NCBI GenBank assembly: GCA_963674705.1
Contig: OY771506.1
Location: 3,552,001-3,616,000 of the forward strand
DNA: 64,000 bases
Direction: 5' to 3'
Source of the DNA: Phycisphaeraceae bacterium
GTDB taxonomy: Bacteria; Planctomycetota; Phycisphaerae; Phycisphaerales; Phycisphaeraceae
The translations under genes were made by a program, and so were the position numbers. The notes below the pieces were generated by a model. It saw nothing but the letters and a program-made list of their open reading frames with translations. It did not search any database and had not been told where the DNA came from. This document shows, in pieces, positions 40,926 to 51,652 of this stretch. The first letter of the stretch is position 1. Every line of letters starts with the position of its first letter.

Positions 40926-41396
40926 TTACCGGTTCAGGACCAAATTGAGTCCCAACGGGTGCCCCGCACCTAGGCCAACTACGCGTGTCACTTGCTCATC
41001 GGTTAAGGTAACGGGCAATTCTGCTCGCTTTACGATGCGACGCGATGCGTCTTGTTCTAGACGCTGCATCTGAATTCGGCGATCCTGTTGCTGCATCGCA
41101 GAACGAACAGTTGCAGGCAACTCTGCAAGCCCATCGGTCTGGCTGCCCAAGACAAAGAAAACACCATCGGGCACCTGGCACGGGTCTGGCAGTTCGTTCA
41201 AAAGAGAGCGTTCCGGCCGCTGCTCACGAGGTATGTGATCCAACCCGTCGATGAGAATGATCGTCTTTGTGCGATTGTCAGCATAGTCCGCACCCAGCAT
41301 CTCCAACTGCTTGTGGAAACGCTCCAGCAGTAACTGTCGGTCATAGCTGCCCGCGCTCTGTCCGATGGAAAAGCCCGTGTTTTCAATAGCAAACAC
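40926..41396 (-). pseudogene. internal fragment of a NACHT/STAND-like ATPase
   Basis: Walker B-like IILIDGLDH and GHPLGL; no Walker A. Confidence 0.6.
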
Positions 41397-41593
41397 AACA
41401 TCGTGAAGGAAAAAGACTGCCTCCCCACGTAGCGAGCGAGGGTCCGTTGCGTCTGGGTAGATCGCGCCTCACCGTTTTCGAATCGTTCTGCGGTTATGAC
41501 TTGCCCCGTCGCCGCCGTGAGATTTCTGTCATCTCAACCGCCTAGCGAAGGTTTGCGCGATCTCCTCCGATCGCAACTCGGTCATAAATTCAG

Positions 41594-42223
41594 ATGATGG
41601 GGCAGCCCCGCCATCTGCTGGCGCCAGTGTCTCCCAACGAGGTCTGGCATCTGGACCTGGCTGAACTTCGTATCGTGTGGTTCCGCTACACGGTCGCGGC
41701 CCTACTGGACGGCTACTCAAGGAAACTCCTGGCACTCAAGGTCTACCCGGGTTCACCGAAAAGCGCTGACTTAGTTGGTCTTATGCGGGATGCGATCCAC
41801 CGATCCGGGCCACCGCGATTCCTCATCACCGATCATGGATGTCAGTTCAGGAGGCGCTTCCGTACAGAAGTGGGGGATCTGAACGTGAAAGTCGTTCGGG
41901 GTCGGGTGCGTTGTCCGGCGTTCAACGGCAAAGTCGAGCGGTTCTTTAAGACCTTACGTACATGGCAACGCCGGACCTTCCTGCCGCTGAGCCTGTCGGG
42001 TATTCAGCGGAAGCTGGATGTGTTTCTTTACTGGTACAACACCGAGAGACCACACCAGGGGATCAAAGGGCTGACGCCAAACGAGGCTTGGGCGGGTGAA
42101 ACGCTGACTGGCTCGATCGCGTTCCGGTCAGCAAGAAGCGTATCGCCTCGCATCCGTATCAGACGGCGTTCATGCCGTGGCGACCCGTGCCTACCGTCGA
42201 TCCATGTCCGTGTTGCCGCCTAG
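41594..42223 (+). mobile_element. DDE (rve) transposase core domain, probably truncated
   Basis: PNEVWHLD, LDGYSR, ITDHGCQF, NGKVERFFKT, YNTERPHQGI. Confidence 0.8.
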
Positions 42224-42398
42224 AAAACCAATCCACGAAGATGCCGAACCTCATCGGATGCGCGGTGGCTGCGTCCTTGCCTCGCCACAGGACTTCTACG
42301 TGTGTCAAAGAGCCATCGAAAATGCCTCGATTATGCAGTCACAAACCGTCGGGCCACTACAGAGATCACAAGCCGATGGGTCGGTACATTCCTTTCAA

Positions 42399-42905
42399 TT
42401 ATCGCAAAGGTTTCGACAGCGCTTCGAAGCCGGAGATCACGTCGAAGAGCTCCTCGTCGATACCGCTCTGACGCATACGATGGAAGGTCCGGTTGAGGCC
42501 CTCCAGCAATTCGTCGATGTTCTTCTCGGCACGCTGCATCGCCGCCAAGCGGCTCGCATTCTCGCTCGCGAGCGACTCAGCGCACGCCCGGAAGAGTGAA
42601 ATAAACAGATATTCGCGGATGAGTGCCCGCAACGTCGCGGTGCCGCCACCCATAACCTCGGGCAAGATCCGAGTTGGCCAGCCGATCTTGGCTAGCCCTT
42701 GCTGCCATTCCGCGTCAAGCGGCAGTAGCCGCTGGCTGACCGGCTCGTAGACCGCCCCAGACTTTGGGCGGTTATGAAAGACGTAGATATGCACATACTC
42801 TCCTTTGGCATGCTGTACCTCGCTTTCGATCTGGATCTGTCCCACGAGCGGAGTGATGGCTTTGACGGAATTCGGCACCATGAATAGCCCCATCAGCGGC
42901 AAGCA
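42399..42905 (-). pseudogene. atpG: C-terminal fragment of F1Fo (N-ATPase type) ATP synthase gamma subunit
   Basis: FRACAESLASENASRLAAMQRAEKNIDE...RQSGIDEELFD; N-terminal half and the rest of the operon absent. Confidence 0.8.
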
Positions 42906-43791
42906 CCCTGACATCGACAAGGTATTGATCATCGGACCCAGCGGGAATGTAGGCAGCCGAATGATCCCCCGTCTGCTGGACGACGGCTATGAAGTCTGTG
43001 CCCTGCAATTCAATAGCCCGGTCAAACCACGTCCCGGACTTGAAGTCGTCCAAGGCAGCACCTTGGACAAGGAGGCGTTGACCAGTGCTGTGGAAGGCGT
43101 TGACGCTGTTTGCCACTTGGTCCGTGGTGGAGCGGGCCCCGGGGCTGATTCATGCGAGAAGTGGTTCAACTGCTGTCTGCGCGGCGCAGTGATTCTCCTT
43201 GAAGCCTGCAAAGGCAAACCGCTGAAGCGGGTCATCGTTGGCAGCGCCGACAATGTTTTCGGTCACACCCAGATCCACCACCCCGGCCCGATCAACGAGC
43301 ACCACCCTAAACATGCCGCTGACGGGTACTACGGTCTGTTCAAGATCGCCGAGGAAGAAATCAGCCGTCAGTACTACCTGGAGCACGGCGTGCCGGTTGT
43401 CATCACACGATTCCCCCTGATCTGGACCGAGTCCATGGTCGCGGGGAACCTTGCGGGTTGGGTGGATCGTTCTCGGAAGGTGGTTATGCGGAAGCTTGAT
43501 CGTGATGACCGGCCGTTGGTGCGGCACGATGTTGTCATCGACGATGTCATCGACGGTGTGATGCGTGCTATCGAGCAGGATGTAGCTCTGGGCGATGACT
43601 TTATCTTCGCGGGACCATCGGCTTATTCATCTGACACGATGACGACACGGCTGGCGGACAAGCTCGGATGGGATATCGAGGACCAGCCGCTGCCTTGGCA
43701 TTCCTGGCAGCTAGACGACAGCAAGGCGAGAGGCGTTCTGAACTACCGGCCCGGACACGATGTGCTCGACTGGATTGTTGAGCACATGTAG
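42880..43791 (+). CDS. NAD(P)-dependent epimerase/dehydratase (extended SDR)
   Basis: VLIIGPSGNVG; YGLFK. Confidence 0.85.
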   Translation: MNSPISGKHPDIDKVLIIGPSGNVGSRMIPRLLDDGYEVCALQFNSPVKPRPGLEVVQGSTLDKEALTSAVEGVDAVCHLVRGGAGPGADSCEKWFNCCLRGAVILLEACKGKPLKRVIVGSADNVFGHTQIHHPGPINEHHPKHAADGYYGLFKIAEEEISRQYYLEHGVPVVITRFPLIWTESMVAGNLAGWVDRSRKVVMRKLDRDDRPLVRHDVVIDDVIDGVMRAIEQDVALGDDFIFAGPSAYSSDTMTTRLADKLGWDIEDQPLPWHSWQLDDSKARGVLNYRPGHDVLDWIVEHM

Positions 43792-43958
43792 GCATCAGTC
43801 TCTCCCGTTCCATCGCATAGGACACAATCGCGGCCCGAGGGACCTGACCTCGGCGATTCTTTCTTGTTAAATGGGATGTTCTCGTGGATACATAGCCGTC
43901 TAGCGGTATAATGTGGCATTGACTTGAGACGGCGGAATGCAAAATGGTGATATGAGCC

Positions 43959-44960
43959 GTGGTCGCTAGTGACACAAAAACTATCGTATCGCATCTTGAG
44001 GTGCTTGCTGGTTTACAGGATTCTGTTGCCGAGAACCTCTCTATCCTTGGCGATATCGGGAAGCTGTGGCAGCCAACCGATTTCTTGCCAGATCTAACTC
44101 GGGATGACTGGCAAGAGCAGTTGCACGGATTCCGTGAATCTGCAAAGACAGTGTCGGACGAGTTGTTGGTCGTTCTCGTCGGTGACATGGTCACCGAAGA
44201 GGCGCTGCCCAACTATGCTGTTTCACTCAACCAAATAGCATGTGATGACGAGGGCGACTCGCCCAAACCTTGGGCGAAATGGCTTCGCGGCTGGACCGCC
44301 GAGGAAAACCGCCACGGCGACTTGCTAAACGCCTATCTTCGGCTCACGGGCCGGGTCAATATGAGATCGGTTGAGGTCACCGTCCAGCACCTGATAAATA
44401 ACGGCTTTAATTCACGCTCCCGAAACGATCCTTACAGTGGACTGATCTACACATCTTTTCAGGAAAGAGCTACAAAAGTCTCTCACCGCAACGTCGGGCG
44501 GATTGTCAATTCACAAGGAGAGTCTAACCTTGCAAAGATTTGTCTTCGCATCGCTGGCGACGAGGCCCGCCACGAACTCTTCTACACCCGCATGATGGAT
44601 CGCGTGCTCGATATCGACCCACAGGGCGGCATGATCGCGATAGGTAAATTGATCCGTGGCATGATCGCCATGCCCGGAAAACAGATGTTTGATGGTAAAG
44701 ATCCGGATCTCTTTGATCATTTTTCGATCGTAGCACAGCGATCAGGCGTCTACACCGTCCACGATTATGCTGACATACTCGACCATTTGGTTACGCGCTG
44801 GGACATCGCCGGTCGCCCCGTATCCGGCAAGGCAGCGATAGCACAGGAATACCTGTGTCGCCAAGCTGAAACGTACCATAACAAGGCTGAGCAGTATGAG
44901 CACCACATCAACCAAAAGCCAAGGATACGCTTCAGTTGGATCCATGATCGTGAAGCATGA
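43959..44960 (+). CDS. acyl-ACP desaturase (soluble, di-iron)
   Basis: WQPTDFLP, TEEALPNY, WTAEENRHG, DEARH. Confidence 0.92.
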   Translation: MVASDTKTIVSHLEVLAGLQDSVAENLSILGDIGKLWQPTDFLPDLTRDDWQEQLHGFRESAKTVSDELLVVLVGDMVTEEALPNYAVSLNQIACDDEGDSPKPWAKWLRGWTAEENRHGDLLNAYLRLTGRVNMRSVEVTVQHLINNGFNSRSRNDPYSGLIYTSFQERATKVSHRNVGRIVNSQGESNLAKICLRIAGDEARHELFYTRMMDRVLDIDPQGGMIAIGKLIRGMIAMPGKQMFDGKDPDLFDHFSIVAQRSGVYTVHDYADILDHLVTRWDIAGRPVSGKAAIAQEYLCRQAETYHNKAEQYEHHINQKPRIRFSWIHDREA

Positions 44961-45304
44961 ATACACGGCGAATAAGTAGGAAGCCCTACAAACTAAGCTT
45001 CAGCAATCAAATTGTACCCAAAACCGCAAACTTCGCCCTCGGCGTTTTGGATCTGTCAGACATAGATGTTTGGGGACAAAGACGGGTTCGACAAAGTCGA
45101 ATCCAGACCATTCAAGCAGCCTCGTAAGGATTTTATAGTCATATTCCTTTATAATGCTCTACGTTCGAATCTCATCACACGCTTTGATAAAGCCCTCCTG
45201 GCTAACAGGTTGCGGAGGGCTTGTTCATTGGTTTTTGTACTCTCTTCGATGTGAAATGTCGGGGATGAAATGGAACGACATATCCAGAAAAAGAACGTCA
45301 ACAA

Positions 45305-46363
45305 TTACGCGGTCCGCCGCGCCGCACGATAGGTCACCAACTCGCCGCGCTCCGTGTCCCACAGGTTGAGGCGCAGGCACTTGAAAATGTCATGCGGCAG
45401 CAGCGTCGTCGTCCGAGGCAGTTGAAGCTCGGGCACCACCGCCATCGCCTCCGGAAGGCGATAGAACGGAATCAGCGGATTCAGGTGATGCACATGGTGA
45501 TAGCCAATGTTACCCGTGAACCAGTGCATGACCCGGCCGAGGTCCATGAAACTCGATGACTCGATCGACCCGCGGTAATACGTCCACTCTTGAGGCTCCA
45601 GCACGTGAAGCCCTTCATAGTTGTGCTGCGCGTAGAACAGATACGCGCCTATGGCGGTAGACACGCCGTACGGCAGCAGAAAACTGTAAAGCAGCACGTC
45701 GAAACCGAACAGCAGCCACAGCCCCGCCAACAGTGAGCCGTGCAGGAGGATCGCCACCGCGCCGTCCCAGTAGCGCTTCGGTCGCTTCAGCAGAGGCAGC
45801 AACGTAATGCTGAACACGAACACCGTCAGGTATGCCAGAAGCAGTGTCATCGGGTGTCGAGCCAGCCGATAATGAAAGCGTTCCCACAACGTCGCGTTCT
45901 TCCACTTCTCGACGGTCATCAGCGGAAACGAGCCGAGGTCGGACGTGAACAGCAGTTCATCACCATCCTCGGACTCAACCGGCTTGCCAACGTTGCCGTG
46001 GTGGAAGTTATGGCTGAAGCGCCAGTAGCGCGGCGGCGTCAGCATCAGCATGCCGAAGATGTGAAATATGGGCCGGGCAACACGTGAACTCCGCAATAGC
46101 GAACGGTGCATGAAGTCGTGATACAAAATGAACGCGCGCACCAACAGTAGCGACCCGATCAGCGACAGTCCCAAACGCACCGGCCACCAGACGGTCATAC
46201 CAGCCATCACCAGCGCCGCGAGCACCAGCGTCAGTGTCGAGATCACCACCCACCAGCTTCGCACAGGCGATTCTATGGCGAAACTGTGTGTTTGCTTGAG
46301 CACTTCCCTGCCCGACTTTTCACCTACGAGCTCAGCGTTGGGCATCAATTCGCCTTTATGCAT
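45305..46363 (-). CDS. membrane fatty acid desaturase
   Basis: His boxes HDFMH, HNFHH, HHVHH. Confidence 0.9.
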   Translation of the reverse strand: MHKGELMPNAELVGEKSGREVLKQTHSFAIESPVRSWWVVISTLTLVLAALVMAGMTVWWPVRLGLSLIGSLLLVRAFILYHDFMHRSLLRSSRVARPIFHIFGMLMLTPPRYWRFSHNFHHGNVGKPVESEDGDELLFTSDLGSFPLMTVEKWKNATLWERFHYRLARHPMTLLLAYLTVFVFSITLLPLLKRPKRYWDGAVAILLHGSLLAGLWLLFGFDVLLYSFLLPYGVSTAIGAYLFYAQHNYEGLHVLEPQEWTYYRGSIESSSFMDLGRVMHWFTGNIGYHHVHHLNPLIPFYRLPEAMAVVPELQLPRTTTLLPHDIFKCLRLNLWDTERGELVTYRAARRTA

Positions 46364-46835
46364 GCCGGTCGGTCGTTCCGGCTACTATCAAATCTCACGG
46401 CTCGCAAATGATTCTAAACATAAATCGCGGTGCGGAAAAGTACATCGTGCCGTAAAACTCGCAGCATTTAGCAAGCCCACCGCCGTCAAAACGTTGGTTG
46501 GCATGCAGCAGGCAGCGACTGCACCTACGTCGGCCGGATACCAGGGCTGACCTGCCTCGTGCCGAAAATCATTGAGGCGACCCTTCGTGGTGACGAGTCC
46601 GACGGGATCAGCATGGACAAGCTGCGGAAGGACCTGCCGGTGATGTGGGATGATTAGAGGAGGGGTTACGGGCGACAGACGGACGCGAAGTTTGATTCCA
46701 GGCGAGCCGACCTTAGGGCCTTGGGGGTCGAGGGGTTAACTGATAGACTGAATGTTTGGAAACTTGATTCTATGTGTGCCGGCGTCGGGGCCTTGGTATG
46801 TGAGGGTTTCGCATGGGTCAGCACAAGGATAGCCA

Positions 46836-48359
46836 GTGGATGAAGACAGACGACGAACTGAACCCATCGATCGATGGGAGGATGAAGGCGGCGCGTTAAC
46901 GGGCAGCGCATCCGGCCAATCGAGTACGCAGCACCACATTGAAACGCGTTCGCAGCATCAGCCCACTGATGAACGAGGCGAGGCAGACGGGGCGACGTTG
47001 AAGCGTCAGCCGGATGATAATCTCCCTGCTGAAATGGCCGACTGGGTCACGAAACCCCTTGCGAGCTTCTTCAAAGTCGAGGTCGCCGCAGCCGTCATGC
47101 TGATCATCGCAACCGCTGCGGCCTTGGTGCTGTCGAATTCAGGCTGGGCCGCGCCGTTCGCAGCGTTCTGGGAGACTCCGGTCGGCCTGAGCTTCGGTGA
47201 CTTCGAGTTCTCTCGATCGCTTCGTCACTGGATCAACGACGGGTTCCTGACACTGTTCTTCTTTGTTGTCGCCCTTGAGCTCAAGCGCGAGATTGTCCTG
47301 GGCGAATTGCGCAACATGCGCACCGCGGCACTCTCCTTCGCCGGCGCGCTTGGGGGGATTGTTGTGCCTGCGGTCGTGTATCTTCTGCTCATGATTGGTG
47401 AGCCGGGCGTGAACGGCTGGGGGACCGTGACTGCCACGTCGGCAGCGTTCGTCGTGGGCTCGCTTGCGTTGCTGGGTTCGCGCATTCCGCCGGCACTCCG
47501 ACTCTTTCTGTTGTCGATCGCGATCTTCGACGACATCGGGGCGATCCTGGTGGTGGCGATCGGTTACGGGGAAGCGGTGCAGTGGAGCACACTTGCGGCC
47601 GCCGCGCTCGGCGTGCTCGTCCTTGCGGGGGCAGCGCGCGTCGGCATCAGGAGCATCCCGGTGTACTTCGTGCTCGGCATTACAATCTGGCTCTGTTTCG
47701 ACGCATCGGGTATCCATCCAACGCTGACAGGTATCGCGATGGGTCTCATGACGCCGACGCATCGATGGGTCTCGAACATTCGCATGCGCGCCATCCTCGG
47801 TCGCGTGCTTTCTCATCCACACGGCGAACACGCCGGTGGCGATACGATCGAGCGGCGGGATCTGCGGCAAGCCAGTAGAGCAGCGAGGGAATCGTCATCT
47901 CCAGTGGAGCGCCTGGAGTTCATCCTCCATCCTTGGGTAGGCTTTGTGATTCTGCCCATCTTTGCCTTCGCCAACGCCGGTGTGGCACTCTCCGGTGCAG
48001 ACCTGAAACAACCAATCTGTATTGCGATCCTGGCGGCCTTTGTACTGGGCAAACCGGCTGGCGTGCTCAGCGCGAGTTGGCTGGCTGTGCGTATCGGACT
48101 CGCCACACGCCCGCCGGGGCTGACCTGGCCGCTCATCGCAGGCGGTGGCCTGTTGACTGGGATCGGCTTCATTATGGCGCTGTTCATCGCCGGATTGGCT
48201 TTTAACCCCGAACAGTTTGACGACGCCAAGATTGCAATTCTCTTATCGTCCGTCATCTCTGCTGTGGCCGGCATCGCGGTGCTATTCTGGTTGACATCCA
48301 GCAAACGCAATGCGCAACAAAGCCAGGAAAAACTGGAATCGGTCGGGATTCGCAGCTGA
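46836..48359 (+). CDS. nhaA: Na+/H+ antiporter NhaA
   Basis: WINDG, LELKRE, AIFDDIGA, SGIHPT, FAFANAGV, GKPAG, GIGFIMALFI. Confidence 0.92.
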   Translation: MDEDRRRTEPIDRWEDEGGALTGSASGQSSTQHHIETRSQHQPTDERGEADGATLKRQPDDNLPAEMADWVTKPLASFFKVEVAAAVMLIIATAAALVLSNSGWAAPFAAFWETPVGLSFGDFEFSRSLRHWINDGFLTLFFFVVALELKREIVLGELRNMRTAALSFAGALGGIVVPAVVYLLLMIGEPGVNGWGTVTATSAAFVVGSLALLGSRIPPALRLFLLSIAIFDDIGAILVVAIGYGEAVQWSTLAAAALGVLVLAGAARVGIRSIPVYFVLGITIWLCFDASGIHPTLTGIAMGLMTPTHRWVSNIRMRAILGRVLSHPHGEHAGGDTIERRDLRQASRAARESSSPVERLEFILHPWVGFVILPIFAFANAGVALSGADLKQPICIAILAAFVLGKPAGVLSASWLAVRIGLATRPPGLTWPLIAGGGLLTGIGFIMALFIAGLAFNPEQFDDAKIAILLSSVISAVAGIAVLFWLTSSKRNAQQSQEKLESVGIRS

Positions 48360-48364
48360 GGCAG

Positions 48365-49069
48365 TTACGGAGCGGGGGAAGCGGGCTGATCGACGTCGAG
48401 GAAGCGGTCGTCGCCAGCGATATCCCAGACGAATCGCCAGTGTAGGAGCGCGCCGATGAGTACCGCGATGTGCCAGATCTCGTGCGCGTGGATCATGCGC
48501 GGGATCAGGATAACCCAGCCCTTATACTCCATGAACGCGCCTACGGTATAGGCGAGCCCACCGTAGAGGATCGGCAGCAGATAACGGAAGCCGTACCGGC
48601 CCAAGATCGGGATTGCGGTGAGGGCGACCGACCAGCCCAGGCCGAGGTAGAACGAGAGCCCCAGCCACTCCGGCAGCACATCGAGGAAAACGACCTTGAG
48701 CGTGATGCATGCAGCGGCGACGATCCACATAATGATAAGCGGCACCCATCGAAACCAGCCGTTAAACATAATGCCATGCACCGCGGTGAAGGTGCCCGCG
48801 ATCAGAAGGAAGATGGCACCGTGATCGAGGCGCTCCATAACGCGGTACGTCGTCCCGCCGACCTCGAACATATGATACAGCGTGCTGGAGATGAACAGGA
48901 CAATGCAGGCGGCGGAGTAGATGATGAGGAACGCCATCGATGCGCGGTGCGCATGGCCGCGCCGCAGCAGCTTCCACCCGAGGAAGATGAACAGCAGGGC
49001 CGCGAGCAGATGGCTGATCGCGTTGAAGGGCTGGTAGAAGCCGGGGAGATGGTAGAGTTCGGGTGGCAT
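48365..49069 (-). CDS. hemolysin III / PAQR family membrane protein
   Basis: NAISH, STLYH, LDHGAIFLLIAGT, HEIWH. Confidence 0.9.
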   Translation of the reverse strand: MPPELYHLPGFYQPFNAISHLLAALLFIFLGWKLLRRGHAHRASMAFLIIYSAACIVLFISSTLYHMFEVGGTTYRVMERLDHGAIFLLIAGTFTAVHGIMFNGWFRWVPLIIMWIVAAACITLKVVFLDVLPEWLGLSFYLGLGWSVALTAIPILGRYGFRYLLPILYGGLAYTVGAFMEYKGWVILIPRMIHAHEIWHIAVLIGALLHWRFVWDIAGDDRFLDVDQPASPAP

Positions 49070-49146
49070 GGCGTGACGATAAATTGATAGATGCTATCCG
49101 TCGCTAATCTACTAAGGGGCGTGAACAGTTACAGGAATCTTACTAT

Positions 49147-51495
49147 TCATGTACAGGGCAGCGGGTGTTCCGCGTATCTCATCTCGGCCAGCGAAAGGTG
49201 GAATGCGAGCGACGACTCTGCGCCTTGGTTTTGATTGACGCGGTCGGGGTGCAGTCCGTCGCCACAACCGCCGGTGGTGGAGTCATAGATCGGCAGGCCG
49301 AGGTCATTGCGGCCCAGGAACCAGTCGAAGGCACGCCTTGCCTCGCGTGACCAGGCCGGGTCTTGTGTCATGCGGAAAGCTTCGAGGCACGCGGAAACCA
49401 TGGCCTGCGCCTCGACCGGCTGCTGATCGAAGTCGGCACGGGTGCCGCCACGGGTATAGAAACCGTTGCTGCCGATCGGCCTGAAATGCCCCGCCTGCGT
49501 GGTTTGAAGTGATGCAAGCCAGCGCAGTGATTTCAGCGCGACTTCACGGGCTTGGGGACTTGGCATCCACTGGCCGCTGAGTAGCAGGGCTTGGCAGATC
49601 CGCGCGTTGTCATAGGTGATGTTGGTTTCAAACCACGCCCAGTCATCCGTGGCGCATTGTTCCCATCGTGTCAACAATCGGTCCGTGAGAAAAACGCGTG
49701 CCTCTTTCACCGCAGCGACATCCGGATACTCGCGCAGATATTCATGGATGCCAAGCAATGTGAACGCCCAGCTACGCGGCGAAGAGAAACATTCTACAAC
49801 CGTAAGGCCGCACTCAAAAAGTTGAACGGACAGCCTGCGCCTGCCCTCGTTGCGTGAACGCCCCGCGCCGGTGCCCAACGCCCAGAGCGCACGCCCGTGG
49901 CTGTCCTCACTACCTACTTCCTCCAGCCAGCGCCGCCCGTGGCTCATGAAGTTGCGAAAACGTCCCGTGTCGCGATTCAAAGCGGCCGCGAGGAACGCGA
50001 GATAGCTGGTCGCCAGACCTTCGAGGTCATCGCCTTTTGGCTTGCCGCTCAGATCATCCAATAGATTGCACAGGATGAAGGCCCTGGCGTTATCGTCCGT
50101 GCAGTAGCCATGGCTGAAATCGGGCACGTTATAGATCGCGTGTTGGAAAATACCCGTCCCGTCACTCATGCGTACGATGTGATCCAGTCGCGACAGGGGC
50201 AACTCGTGAGGACGGCTGGCAAGTGTCCAGTTGGCGAAAGCCGTGCGCGGGGCGCTCTCGCGGTCAGAACACGCGTGCTGAAACGACTCGAGATATCGCT
50301 TCGCCACCGCGGGCCATAGCATGTCCCGCCCGAGCCGGTAGGCCGTCTGGCGTGTCTTTGCCATGCGCTGCGGATCATCAAGGAACTCACATACGGCCTT
50401 GGCGATGGCCCCCGGGTCGCTAAAGGGCACCAAGATGCCGCGTCCGTCCGCCAGCAATTCCTGCGCGTGCCAATACGGCGTGGAGACCACCGCCTTGCCC
50501 GCACCAAACACGTAGGCCAAGGTGCCAGAGGTGATCTGCGCCTCATTGAGGTAGGGCGTCAGATAGATATCCGTCGCGCCGATGAATTGAATCAAATCAT
50601 CAAGCGATACAAAGCCGTTAAAAAAAATAACATGCTCGCGCACGCCTCGATCCTCGGCGAGTCGTTCCAGACTCAATCGGTAGCTCTCTCCTTCGCGCGC
50701 CACCAAGTGGGGATGAGTCGCGCCTAAAACAAGGTAAACAACATTCGGATGCGTTCGCACGATTTCGGGAAGCGCCTCGATCACGTGCTGGATACCCTTG
50801 CCCGGCCCCAGCAGTCCGAAGGTCAGCAGCACCACACGGTCCTCAACCCCGAACTGCGCTTTGGAATCGCTCGGGTCGGTAAAGGGGATCTCCGGGATGC
50901 CGTGCGGGATGACATCTACCTTGGCCTGTCGCACGGCGTATGTTTCGCAGAGAATCTCCAGCCCCTTCTGAGCCATCACCACCAGGCGGTCGCTGCGCTG
51001 CCCCAATTCATCCATCACCTTGCGTTGTGCGGTGTTCGGATCGTGGAGGATGGTGTGCAGGGTCGTCACGACCGGCATCCGCACTTCTTTGAGTAGTGCC
51101 AGCAGGTGACTTCCCGCCGGCCCGCCGTAGATACCAAACTCGTGCTGGACGCAGAGCACCTCCGCGTTGTTGAAGTTCAAATAATCCGCGGCGCGACGGT
51201 AGGAGGCCAGCTCCTTCTCAACGATCTCAAACCCCACGCGTGAAGAATACGCGTACCCTTCCGGCCGGTCATTGACCACAACCGCGTAGCATTGCGCCGA
51301 CGGGGTCCACGCGCTGACAGCCTCGCAAAGATCATGCGTGAACGTCGCAATCCCGCAGAGTCGAGGTAGATAGCCGCCCAGAAACGCGATGCGCTTGGGC
51401 GTGGTGGGAGGGCTCGGTGTTATCCGTTCCATGGGACATTTCTGCCAGCACATCATTCGGGCCTGCATCGGCCCGGGGCTGACTGGGTGCGTCAT
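49147..51495 (-). CDS. GT4 glycosyltransferase fused to a C-terminal (alpha/alpha)6-like domain; likely start at 51432
   Basis: PRLCGIATFT, QHEFGIYGG, SGTLAY, GYCTDDNARA, FDQQPVEA, NQGAES. Confidence 0.88.
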   Translation of the reverse strand: MTHPVSPGPMQARMMCWQKCPMERITPSPPTTPKRIAFLGGYLPRLCGIATFTHDLCEAVSAWTPSAQCYAVVVNDRPEGYAYSSRVGFEIVEKELASYRRAADYLNFNNAEVLCVQHEFGIYGGPAGSHLLALLKEVRMPVVTTLHTILHDPNTAQRKVMDELGQRSDRLVVMAQKGLEILCETYAVRQAKVDVIPHGIPEIPFTDPSDSKAQFGVEDRVVLLTFGLLGPGKGIQHVIEALPEIVRTHPNVVYLVLGATHPHLVAREGESYRLSLERLAEDRGVREHVIFFNGFVSLDDLIQFIGATDIYLTPYLNEAQITSGTLAYVFGAGKAVVSTPYWHAQELLADGRGILVPFSDPGAIAKAVCEFLDDPQRMAKTRQTAYRLGRDMLWPAVAKRYLESFQHACSDRESAPRTAFANWTLASRPHELPLSRLDHIVRMSDGTGIFQHAIYNVPDFSHGYCTDDNARAFILCNLLDDLSGKPKGDDLEGLATSYLAFLAAALNRDTGRFRNFMSHGRRWLEEVGSEDSHGRALWALGTGAGRSRNEGRRRLSVQLFECGLTVVECFSSPRSWAFTLLGIHEYLREYPDVAAVKEARVFLTDRLLTRWEQCATDDWAWFETNITYDNARICQALLLSGQWMPSPQAREVALKSLRWLASLQTTQAGHFRPIGSNGFYTRGGTRADFDQQPVEAQAMVSACLEAFRMTQDPAWSREARRAFDWFLGRNDLGLPIYDSTTGGCGDGLHPDRVNQNQGAESSLAFHLSLAEMRYAEHPLPCT

Positions 51496-51652
51496 GTTGC
51501 TACGCCGGCATCACCCGCGCGGTGGCTGTGCTGATCGGCGTGAGATAACCTACCAGATAGTATATCAACTAAGCGGGATAAGCATTTTCGTAGTGGAAGA
51601 GCAACGCACTTCAAACTGTGTAGTACAGGCAGGCTCTATTTACCCCACACAT

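Noticed and set aside
40926..41396. Functional Avs/NACHT anti-phage system
   Set aside because: Only a 156-aa internal fragment is present, without Walker A or an effector.
46660..46835. Known nhaA-I/II or Na+ riboswitch upstream of nhaA
   Set aside because: I could see only a short hairpin and cannot match a consensus by eye; this needs cmscan.
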